Shown here one piece after another: positions 49,880-61,478 of a DNA stretch of 64,000 nucleotides. Origin of the DNA: Squalus acanthias (taxonomy: Eukaryota); NCBI GenBank assembly GCA_030390025.1, contig JASTWF010000070.1:186001-250000 (forward strand), written 5' to 3'. The position numbers and the translations under genes were made by a program. The notes beneath the pieces are model-generated. The model saw nothing but the letters and a program-made list of their open reading frames with translations. It was not told where the DNA came from and searched no databases. How positions within the stretch are numbered: the first letter of the stretch is position 1; the number at the start of each line of letters is the position of its first letter.

Positions 49880-52300
49880 CTGTGTGTGGGCGGCTAATCT
49901 GCAGAAACAGGAAAACCACAGAGAGCTTCTAGCTCGGACATTATTTTCCAGCTGAAGTCAGATACTCGGCCAGCCGTTTCCGCAACTCACTGCACTTTGC
50001 ACATCTCCTCGCAAGCGGCCCGAGCAGCGTGATCTGTGGTATTCAGAGCAACAGGCGCGGTCACAGTCAAAGCGCCTCTTCGCTGCCAACGAGCTGGCCC
50101 CTCTCTACTTCAAGCTCAGACTCGCTTCTTTGTCAGTTGAGGTCAGGCATTTCCGCATCACTGTTCAGAAATTCAGTAAGATACTAAGTGGTCTGCTCAA
50201 CTCAAAACCAATTCTACCAGAAATTAATTCTAAAATTAAAATTGATGTAACTTTCTCTTAGCTCCCAGTTTCCATACCGCTTCATTCTTCTGAAGATGGC
50301 CACCCTTGACATAGGTTCCATAGGCGCCTTCCATAGAATTACACAGAATGTGCAGCACAGACACAGGCCATTCGGCCCACCTGGTCTGTGCCGGTGTTCA
50401 ACCTCCACAGGAGCCTCCTCCATCCCCTCTTCATCTCACCCCATCAGCATATCCTTCTATTTCTTTCTCCCTCATGTGTTTATCTAGCTTCCCCTTAATT
50501 GCATTTATGCTATTCGTCTCAACCACTCACTGAGGTAGCTTTCAAGCATTGTGTCGAAACTAGTCAACCCCAACTCCGATTTCAGTGGTATATTATTTAT
50601 ATTTTCTACGTTCTTTTAAGATTGATTCAAAGACCATCCCACAATTCTATTCTCAATATTTATGGCACGTGACCAAGGATTTACCATAATTAATGCTTGT
50701 TTCATATTTTGTTCGCGTACAGTTTTAGCTTCAAAGGAATGTTTCGCCCCGTGAACAGAGAGCAGGCCGCGGTCTACGTCATCTTAATTTCCATCCAATC
50801 CCCATTATCGCTCCGAATGGAAACAGAGCGAATCCATCAACCGCACTGGTATCTACTGATAGAAATGATCAGTTAATGTCTTTGGCTTAATGCCTTCGAC
50901 AGACACTCATCCGCAGTGTCATTCCAGCAGTTTTTGTTTGTATTTCAGATACCCAGATTTTACAGCGTTTTTATTATTTCTACAGGGAGTCGAGGCCCCC
51001 CAGCCCACCCCGCTGTGGTGATTGTTTTTAATACTTTAGCCACAGGAATTATTATAGAGATGCAGAAATGCGACGACATTCCTGGATAATTGTGAAGATA
51101 ACTCAAACTATGTTGCTAAATGGCTTCCATGCTAAGTCGATATACAAGACTTAAGATTGCGTTTCTGTGCATGTGTATGTCTGTGTTTATACGTGGGTGA
51201 GTCTGTATTTTTATTTGTGCGTGTGTGTGTGCGTCTGTGTGCGTGTATATGTGTCGAGGTGTATATGTGTGTGTGCATGTGTGAGTATGTCTGTGTGTAT
51301 ATGTGTGTATCTGTGTGTGTGTATATATTTCTCTTTATTCATGGGATGTGGGCGTCGCTGGCAAGGCCGGCATTTATTGCCCTTCCCCAGTTGCCCTTGA
51401 GAAGGTGGTGGTGAGCCGCCTTCTTGAACCGCTGCAGTCCCGTGTGGCGAAGGTGCTCCCAAAGTGCTGTTAGGGAGGGAGTTCCAGGATTTTGACCCAG
51501 CGCCGATGAAGGAACGGCCGATAAATTTCCAAGTCAGAATGGTGTGTAACTTGGAGGGGAACTTGGAGGTTTTTCCATGCGCCTGCTGCCCTTGTCCTTC
51601 TAGGCGTACGTTTATGTGCGTATGTGTTTGTGTAAGTGTGTGTATGTAAGTGTTTGTATGTGTTTTTGTATCTGTATGTTTCTGTATAACGAGAAACTGT
51701 TGCTATCTGTCTACGCCACTAAGCAGCGAGCTTGGCCCTCCTAACTGGCAAACAGCGTTTTCATTGAGCTCCCAGGCACACGCAGACTCTTCGCTTGCGT
51801 GCAGGGGCGCCATAGCAGCGGTTTACATTCTCTTAAACTAATGACCAGGGGCCATTGTTCGGAACTATGCCCCTTGACCCTGGAAATAATTTTTCTGGCA
51901 GATGGCGTATGACGAAACGGCTGATTGGATTGGTTTGACGTGTCAACCAATCAAACAGTGCAGCTGTCTGAATGGACACTTTCATTAAAAAAATTATCTT
52001 TTTGTTTTCTAACTTGTGATTATTTATGATTAATGTCCGTCTACTGTTGCCAATAAACAGTAAGCCAGATCCGTGTCTTATGGAGAACGAGTAAGCTCAT
52101 GTAAACGCGATTCAAATATTTATATATTTCCCTGTTTTAATATGTTTTCCAGGCTCGGGGCGGCCCGCGTGACCAGACTCGACATATCGGCGGATTTTGC
52201 TGCATTGAAAATGTCATGAAAAAAGAAGGCGGGAAAGAGGCGAGAACACGAATGGGTTCTATCAGATTTACGAAAGAATCCACAGCAGGCGGAAACAGTA
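49880..52300 (+). pseudogene. R3: decayed third VJ-C1 receptor paralog (promoter and cytoplasmic-region relics; V, C and TM absent)
   Basis: 49880-50150 homologous to the R1 promoter; 50545-52300 is an inverted homolog of R2 45520-41700, including the last-exon relic ttttccag|GCTCGGGGCGGCCCGCGTGACCAG at 52153. Confidence 0.7.
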
Positions 52301-52691
52301 ATTAAACTTGCAATGTAAAGCCACAGAGACTCTCAACAAACACCTAAACTATCTCAAACTAAGGAGCTTAAGATGATTAAAGTTGATAGAAAATAGAAAG
52401 ACTTGCATTTCTATAGCGCCTTTCACCACCACCGGACGTGTCAAAGCGCTTTACAGCCAATGAAGTACTTTTTGAGGTATAGTCCCTGTTGTAGTGTAGG
52501 AAACGCAGCATCCAAATTGCACACAGCAAGCTCCCACAAAGACCAATGTGATAATGACCAGTTCATCTGTTTTTTAGTGATGTTGGTTGAGGGATACATA
52601 TTGGACAGGACTCCAGGGTAAACTCCCCTGGGTTTCCTTGATATATTTCCATTGCATCATTTACGTCAACCTGAGAGGGCAGACAGGGCCT

Positions 52692-53250
52692 CATAAGAAC
52701 ATAAGAAATAAGAAATAAGAGCAGCAGTAGGCCATACGGCCCCTCGAGCCTGGTCCACCATTCAATAAGATCATGTCTGATCATCGACATCAACTCCACT
52801 TTCCCGCCCTCCTCCATATCCCGTGATTCCCCAAGAGTCCAAAAATCTATCGATCTCAGCCTTGAATATACTCAAAGACTGAGCCTCCACAGCCCTCTGG
52901 GGCAGAGAATTCCAAAGATTCACAACCCTCTGAGTGAAGAAATTCCTCCTCATCTCAGGCTTAAATGGCCTACCCCTTATCCTAAGTCTATGCCCCCTCG
53001 GTCTAGACACCCCAGCCAGGGGAGACAACCTCTTAGCATGTACCCTGTCAATCTCCTTCAGAATCTTATATGTTTCAATGAGATCACCTCTCATTCTTCT
53101 AAACTCCAGCGAGTATAGGCTCATTCTATACAATCTCTCATCATAGGACAGCCCACTCATCCCAGGAATCAATCTAGGGAACCTTCGTTGCACCGCCTCC
53201 AAGGTAAGTATATCCTTCCTTAGATAACAGACCAAAACTGTTCACAGTTT
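52692..53250 (-). mobile_element. CR1 LINE 3' fragment
   Basis: ORF 52771-53235 with CR1 C-terminal motifs. Confidence 0.85.
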
Positions 53251-56200
53251 AGTGCTTCATCTGAAAGACGGCAGCTCTGACAGTGCAGCGCTCCCTCAAT
53301 ACTGCACTGGGAGTGTCAGCCTAGATTTTTGTGCTCAAGTCTCTGGAGCGAAACTTTAACCCACCACTTCCTGACTCAGAGGCGAGGATGCTACCAACTC
53401 GGCCACAGATGTCTCTCCTTTAGATAAAGGGAAAATATTTCCTCTGGTGGGGGGAGACCAGAACAAGGGGGCATAACCTTACAATTAGAGACAGGCCGTT
53501 CAGGGATGATGGCAGGAGGCACTTCTTCACACAAAGTGCAGTGGAAATCTTGAACTCTCTCCCCGCAAAAGCCTTGAGGTTGGGGGTCAATTGAAAATTT
53601 GAAAACTGAGATTGATAGATTTTTCTTGGGTAAGGGTATTAAGGGTTACGGAACCAGGGCGGTTAGATGGAGTTAAGATAAAGATCAGCGTGATCTCATT
53701 GAATGGCGGAACAGGCTCGAGGCGCTGAATGGCCTCCTCCTGTTCCTATGTTCCTATCTCTGTGCACTCGCCAGGATTTACGTAGAATGTATTGCTTTTT
53801 CAAACACCGCTTAGTGTATTCTAAAGATAATCCTGTGTATCAGTAGGATGGCGGTATGCAACTAACTTAAAACAACGAGGACTTTCTGGTGTTTCATTTT
53901 TCTGCACTTTTTGCCTTGACTGGTGCCACTGTAGCAAGTTAGTGACCAGTTTGTTGGAAATTTCCCGCAAGCAAATTAAAAAAAGTTTTTCTAAAATAGT
54001 ACAATGCACTAGAAGTTTAAAATCATAGACTCATAGAATGATTACAGCACAGAAGTTGCCATTCGGCCGGTCGAGCCCGTGTCGGCTACCCTCAAGAGCA
54101 CTTCTGCTAGTCCCACTCCATGCGCCCTTTCCCAATAGCCCTGCAAATTTCTTTCCTTCAGATATTTTCCAATTCCCCTTTGAAAGCCACGATTGGGTCT
54201 GCCTCCACCACCCTTTCAGGCAGTGCATTCCAGATCCTAACCACTCGCTGCGTAAAAAGGTTTTTCCTCATGTCGCCTCGGTTTTTTGTCAATCACCTTA
54301 AATCCGTGTCCTCTGGTTCTCGGCCCTTCTGCCAATGGGAACAGTTTCTCTCTATCTACTCTGCCTAGACCCCTCACGATTTTGAACACCTCTATCAAAT
54401 CTCCTCTCAACCTTCTCTGCTCTAAGGAGAACAACCCCAGCTTCTCCAGTCTATCCACGTAACTGAAGTCCCTCATCCCTGGAATTGATGAATTGTTATT
54501 TTGTAATTAGAATCCGTCATGATTTCTTGAATGAGAAGAGGATTGCTGATGCTGGATATGATAAATATGTGTCCAAACATCCTACCTCCAAATTGGCCAG
54601 CAGGTCTCTCAAAGAAGTTCTTGATTTTAGTGTATATTTATGTTGGCCGCTAGGGGCGCTGTGTCGCGAGTTTCCATTCAGTGCATATTGAAACCAGGCC
54701 TCATCATTCGGAGTACTGTGCATTCTGACCAATTTACCTTAGGCTAATTAAGTAAACGGGACTGATTGATTAACTGTTTATTAATGTTGCTTATTGCTTG
54801 AGAGGTTTGTTCACGCCCGTTATATTTCTGAAATAAAAGATTGAGAAACCGTGTTCTTCCCCAGAGTACAGTAGTGATTCACACTGAACTAGGATAAGTA
54901 AACCATTGCTTGTTCAGGTGTTAGCAATGGTGCAGTTGCTACCACTCTCGCCTCTTGACTCGGAAGTTTGTGGGTCCAACTCCCATTCCAGATTTCAGGA
55001 TGTCCCAAAACGCTTAGAGACAAGGCTGTACTTTTAAAGTGTAGTCACTGTTGTAATATAGGAAACGCTGCAGCCATATTGCGCACAGCAAGCTCCCACA
55101 AACAGCAACGTTATGGTTTCCAGATAATCTGTTTTAGTGATGTTGGTTGAGGGATACATTTTAACCAGGTGAACCCCAGCTCTTCTGCGAAATAGTGGCC
55201 GTGGGATCTTTTACGTCCAACTGAGAGGGCAGATCGGGCCTCGGTTTAGCATCTCATCGGAAAGGCAGCACATCCGACAGTGCGGCGCTCCCTCACTACT
55301 GGCACTGGGTTATCAGCCTGGATTATGTGCTCAAGCCTCTGGAGTGGGACTTGAACCCACTACCTTTTGACTCAGAGGCGAGCAGGAGAGGATGTTATAT
55401 TCTGCAAATGCTGAAATGAACGCTCTCCGAACAGAGATATCAACCACAAGGCTATTTGAGGACAGAAGATCCACTACTTAACCGACCAACACCAGACCAT
55501 ACTTGGGAAGGCCTGAACCCCTCCGATGATACCTGGGAGAAGTTTTCTAAAAATTGTTCTTGTGAATAAAATGCAATCCACAATAAATGAATACCTACCG
55601 GTATCTGCACACGTGTGTTTAAAGACCACCTGCACCTTGTGCAATAGAAAGTGTTGCAGAAATCTATTCTATTCCACAATTTGAGAAATATCCAGCAATG
55701 ACACATTGCAGTAAGTCGAAGATATATTAAGTGTAACTGGAATTGTTGGTAACCATGTTCTGCTGGAGCTTGCTTGATGTTGTAAGGGAGTTAAGGAGAA
55801 ATTTCCAGAGATCTTTTCTTCTGAAATTTAGCATCACTGGCGTTTGTAGAGGAAGGTTTACATCCAATGGATATGGTTAGCATTCATTACCTGATGGCAG
55901 AAACACATCTTTCTATTTATTCATGATGGTTTTGTGTGTAACCATTGCTTGCATTTAATTGAAAAATTTGTTGTCGCGAACATTCTTGATTGAATGATGC
56001 TTATTCCCCAATGTTTGTTTCTAGAATCATGATTAAGTTGTTAGATATGTGTGTGAATCACAATATCAAAGCAAAATTGTAAACTATATCTCATTGTACT
56101 TCCTGCGCATGTTCGCTGAGCTATCAGAGAGAGAGAGAGAATGAGAGAGAGACAGAGAGAGAGAGAAAGAGAGAGACAGAGAGAGAGAGTCAGAGAGACA

Positions 56201-57382
56201 CAGTGAGAGAGGGAGAGTTGCTGTAGTTTGCGTCAGGAATTCTATTTGCTGTAGTTCGTACAGACTCTTTTTAAATAGACTCTGTAGACTGTTTGCTGTA
56301 CTGCGCTGCTTAACTAAACTCTGATTGCTGAGCAAATAAGGTTTGTTTGCTGTAAAATAGGCTGTTTGCTGTGAGTCCTGCCTTAATCCCGATCCAACTC
56401 CAACAACAACAGCCACTGCTAGTTATACAGCGCTTTTAGCGTAGTAAATGTCGCAAGGTGCTTCACAAGAGCGTTTTCAGAAAAAAATTACTCCAAGCCA
56501 CTTAATAACTATCGATATATTAGGGCAGATAACAAAAAGCTTGGTCAAACAGGTAGGTTCTAAGTAGCGTGTTAGAGGAGGAGCGAGAGATAGGGAGTTG
56601 GAGAGGTTCAGGGAGGGAATTCTAGAGCTTAGGGCACAGGCAGCTGAAAGCACAGCCGGCAATGGTTGAGAGATTATAATTGGGGATGTTCAATAGGTCA
56701 GAATTAGAGGAGCACAGATATCTCGGAGGATTGTGGGACTGGAGGAAATTACAGAGATGGGATAGTGAGGCCGTGGAGGAATTTGAAAACAAGGATGAGA
56801 CATTTAAAATCCAGGTATTGCCTAAACGGGAGCCAATGTAGTTCAGCGAGCACAGGGGTGATCATTGAACAGGTATTGGTTAGAATTAAGACACGGTCAG
56901 ACGAGTTTTGGATGACCTCAAGTTTAAGTAGGCTGGAATGTGGGAGGCCGGCCAGAAGTGCTTTGGAATATTCAAGTCTAGAGGTCACAAAGGTACGGAT
57001 GAGGGTTTCAGCCGCAGATGAGCTGAGGCAAGGCCGGTGTTGGGCGATGTCACAGAGGTGGAAATAGGCAGTCTTAGTTATGGTGCAGATATGTGGTCGG
57101 AAGATCATCTCAGGGTCGGATATGACAACAAGGTTGTGAACAGTCTGGTTCTGCCAGGGAGAGTGATGGAGTCCATGGCGAGGGAGTGGAATTTGTGCCG
57201 GGGACCAAAGACAGTGGCTTCGGTCTTCCCAATATTTAGTTGATGTAAATTTCTGCTCATCCAGTGCTGGATGTTGGACAAGCAGTGTGACAATTTAGAG
57301 AGAATGACTGGGTCGAGAGAGGTGGTGGTGAGGTAGATCTGACACAGTGGTGTCAATAGACGCGCTGACTTGGCTATTGGCC

Positions 57383-59468
57383 ATAGAAACATAGGAACAT
57401 ACAAACATAGGAGCAGGAGTAGGCCATTCAGCCTCTCGAGCCTGCTCTGCCATTCAATATGATCATGGCTGATCCTCCATCTCAATACCATATTTCCGCT
57501 CTCACCCCATACCCCTTGATGCCTTTTGTGTCTAGAAATCTATCTATGTCCTTCTTAAGTATATTCAGTGACTTGGCCTCCACAGCTGTCTGCGGTAGAG
57601 AATCCAACAGGTTCATCACTCTCGGAGTGAAGAAATTTCTCCTTATCTCAGTCCTAAATGTCCTACCACGTATACTGAGACTGTGACCCCTCGTTCTAGA
57701 CCTCCCAGCCAGGGGAATCATCCTCTCTGCATCCAGTCTGTCTAGCCCTGTCAGAATTTTATACATTTCAATGAGATCCCCTCTCATTCTTCTAAACTCT
57801 AGTGAATACAGGCCTAGTCGACCCAATCTCTTCTCATACGACAGTCCTGCCATCGCAGGAATCAGCCCGGTGAACCTTCGCTGCACTCCCTCTATGGCAA
57901 GTATATCCTTTCTTAGATAAGGAGTCCAAAACTGCACACAGTACTCCAGGTGTGGTCTCACCAAGACCCTGTATAACTGTAGTAAGACATCCTTGTTCCT
58001 TTACTCAAATCCTCTTGCAATGAAGGCCAACATACCATTTTCCTTTCTAACTGCTTGCTGCACCTGCATGATTGCTTTCAGTGACTGGTGTACAAGGACA
58101 ATAAGGTCCCTTTGTACATCAACATTTCCCAATCTATCACCATTTAAATATTACTCTGCCTTTCTGTTTTTCCTACAGAAGTGGTTAACTTCACATTTAT
58201 CCACCTGCATCTGCCATGTATTTGCTAACTCACTCAACTTGTCTAACTCGCCTTGAAGCCTCTTTGCATCCTCCTCACAACTCACAATCCCACCAAGTTT
58301 CGTGTCGTCAGCATACTTGGAAATATTACATCCAAATCATTGATATATATTGTGAATAGCTGGGGCCCAAGCACTGATTCCTGCGGTACCCCACTAGTCA
58401 CTGCCTGCCACCCGAAAAAGGTCCATTTATTCCTACTCTCTGATTCCTCTCTTTTAACCAATTTTCTGTCCATGCCAGTATATTACCCCTAATCCCACGA
58501 GCTTTAATTCTGCACACATTAGCTCTTATGTGAGACTTTATCAAAGGCCTTCTGAAAATCCAAATACACCACATCCACTGGTTTTCCCTAATCTATTCTA
58601 CCAGTTACATCCTCAAAAAACTCCAGTAGGTTTGTCAAACACGATTTCCCTTTCATAAATCCAGTTGACTTTGTCTAATCCCGTTGATATTTTCTAAGTG
58701 CCCTGTTATCACATCCTTTATAATAGACTCTCGCATTTTCCCTACTACTGATGTTAGGCTGACCGGTCTGTTGTTCCCTGTTTTCTCTCTCCCTCCTTTT
58801 TTAAATAGTGGAGTTACATTTGCCACCCTCCAATCTGCAGGAACTGTTCCATAATCTATAGAATTTTGGAAGATGATAAACAATGCATCCACTATTTCCA
58901 TGGCTACCTCTTTTAGTACTCTGGGATGCAAATTATCAGGCCCTGGGGATTTATCAGCTTTCAGTCCCATTAATTTCCCCAGCGCTATTATTTTACGAAT
59001 ACTAACTTCCTTTAATTCCCCCTTCTCACGAGACCCTTCGTTGCCGAGCATTTCTGGGAAGTTATTTGTGTCCTCTTCCGTGAAGACAGAACAAAAGTAT
59101 TTGTTTAATTGCTTTCCATTTCCTTGTTACTCGTTATAAATTATCCCGTTTCTGACTGTAAGGGACCTAAATTTGTCTTCACAAATCTTTTTCATTTTTA
59201 CTTAATTGTAGAAGCTTTTACAGTCCGCTTTTATGTTCCTTGCAATTTTACTCTCATACTCTATTTTTCCCCTCTTAATCAATCTCTTGGTCCTTTTTTG
59301 CTGAATTCTAAAATGTTCCCAATCCTCAGCCTTGCTACTTTTTCTGGCAACTTTATATGAGCCTCTTTAGATCTAATACTGTCCTTAATTTCTTTAGTTA
59401 GCCATTGTTGGGCCGCTTTTCCTTTTGTGTATTTGCGCCTGAAAGGAATGTATAACTGTTGCATTGTA
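57383..59468 (-). mobile_element. 5'-truncated CR1 LINE
   Basis: Minus ORFs 58653-59051, 58282-58473 and 57482-57964 with RT motifs; absent from the paralogous sites near 7610 and 22520. Confidence 0.9.
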
Positions 59469-60784
59469 TGTGGAACTATAGTTTCCAAAGTGCAGTGCGC
59501 TGTGTGGCCCGCGCTCTGCAATGATTGGTTCTCCAGTCAGCCGTGTCATTGTCAGCAGTGACAAAGCTCTTGTTTCCTGTGCAATGTTGAGAGAGCAGCT
59601 CCAGTCACAGCACCAAAGCCCCTTTAATAATTCTAACAGACCAGAGGAATCAATGATCAGTTCAAGCGCAGAAACAGAACCAAGCACCTGGGCTTCACCG
59701 AAAAGACCCTTGTCCAGGTGAGAACCAATCCCTGCGCGAATTCAGTGCCGGCTGCTTCAGGGGGCGAGAATCCCGCGGCCGCTCTGTGTGTTTTACAAAG
59801 GAACAGGGGAATACCTAACTTCACAGATGCACAATTCAGATATTTATTTATGAAACAAAAAATATTATTCCTTTGACGCTAATGTCTCGAGCAAACCCAA
59901 TTATTAACAATTTAATGCATTTTCTTTCGCGCTCAAGTAACTGACACCAATCAGTTTCAATCTGACTTTTAAAAACATGAACCAAGACTCAGTACGGGGA
60001 GTTAGGGATTGACTCCAAACAGGGGAAGATTTCAACATCACAGAGCCCCAGAAACAACTGAACCTGCCGCTTAATTATTCAGCTGCAACAGGGTTTAAAA
60101 CGGGAGCTGCGCGCATTAATCGGACTCGCAGTAAATTAAAGGCAAGGTGTAATTTTATTAATATTGTGCCGAGTTTTATTTGCCCTCCTGAGTTTTAAAG
60201 GGGATGACTCAGAATATAATAGAACAACTTCTCTTTAATCCTGGGCAGGGTGTAAAATGCCGCTTTCTTCCCCTATTTCTCATTCATCTAATTCGCTCTT
60301 TACTCCACCTCATGAATATTCTCATCAGAAATGTATTTTCAGACTGAAGCCCAAATCATATTTATCAATTGAGACACCAATTTTAAAGGGATTGAAAAAT
60401 CCAGGGTTGTCTTGCTGCTGATTTAGAGAAAGGGAAGTCAGTGTATTATGAAATATGTATTTTAGGGGGAAAAGATTATTTTAAAATCTGATGCAGTATA
60501 TCAGAGAGCAACAGCACTTTATCAGAAGGATTCCGGCCGAAGTGCATCAGCTGATCCGTATCTCTACAAACCGCCCCTCGTTGTAGAACACAGACTAAAT
60601 ATTCATTAAATGCCAAAATCTTCGAAATCTTGGAACTTTCACTTAGCAGATACTCCAATTGGATTTTAAACATTTTCAAATGAAAGGTTTAAAATTCTAA
60701 CAATTTAATCAGGCACAAATTGATTTAAATAAAAATACCCGAATTAAAAATCTGCCTCCTTCCTTTTCCTGGCCCCTCCCAGCC

Positions 60785-60806
60785 ATTTGCATACCGGGTA
60801 ATAAAT
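60785..60806 (+). promoter_or_regulatory. Ig light-chain promoter octamer and TATA-like box (cluster 4)
   Basis: ATTTGCAT 60785-60792 then TAATAAATA; same layout as cluster 3. Confidence 0.85.
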
Positions 60807-60923
60807 AGACCCGGAGGCTCGGGTTTGCAGACACTGTAACTGGACCGGGTCCCGGAGTTTACAGGAACAGCGCATGATTCAGTCGGAATTTGAGCGGTGG
60901 CTTTTGGCGCTTCTCCGGAGAAA

Positions 60924-61478
60924 ATGGCTCCAGCGTTGCATCTTCTGTGGGCTCTGCTGATCCATTTAACAGGTGAAAGACGGATGGTTTTAGTCACGGG
61001 TTTATCCGCAACTAAATCGGTTCAATACCGAGAATCGAGCGGTTTTCTCTCCGTGTTTATTGACGTATTAACATCCTATTAGCTCCAAGTCTCTGAATGA
61101 GTTGATTTTTTTCTTTTATTGAAGGTGTCCTGGCGGCTCCCGTCCTCAATCAGTCCCCAATATCCGATCCTGTCTCCGCGGGTCTGACCGCCCGGTTACA
61201 GTGTGCGATGGAGAACGGGGCTGTGGGCAGCAAACGCGTGGAATAGTTCCGACAGCGACCCGGGGAAGCTCCGGTGTATTTGATATATCACAAGCATGAT
61301 GGCACCATCTACCGAGGTACCGGCTTCACAGACCGTTTTCAACCTTCCAGCGACGCCTCCGGTAACAGTTACATTCTGACCATCGGAACCCTGGTGCCCG
61401 GTGACTCCGCCGTCTATTACTGTGCTGTCTGGGACACGGAATACAGCTTCGGACCGGGGACCGTCTTGAGTATAAAGA
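60924..61478 (+). pseudogene. Germline-joined sigma-cart L (60924-60972) and VJ (61125-61478) with in-frame stop; C exon expected just beyond the window
   Basis: Conserved FR2 Trp TGG changed to TAG at 61244-61246; otherwise colinear with 23967-24320 (CAVWDTEYSFGPGT). Confidence 0.9.
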
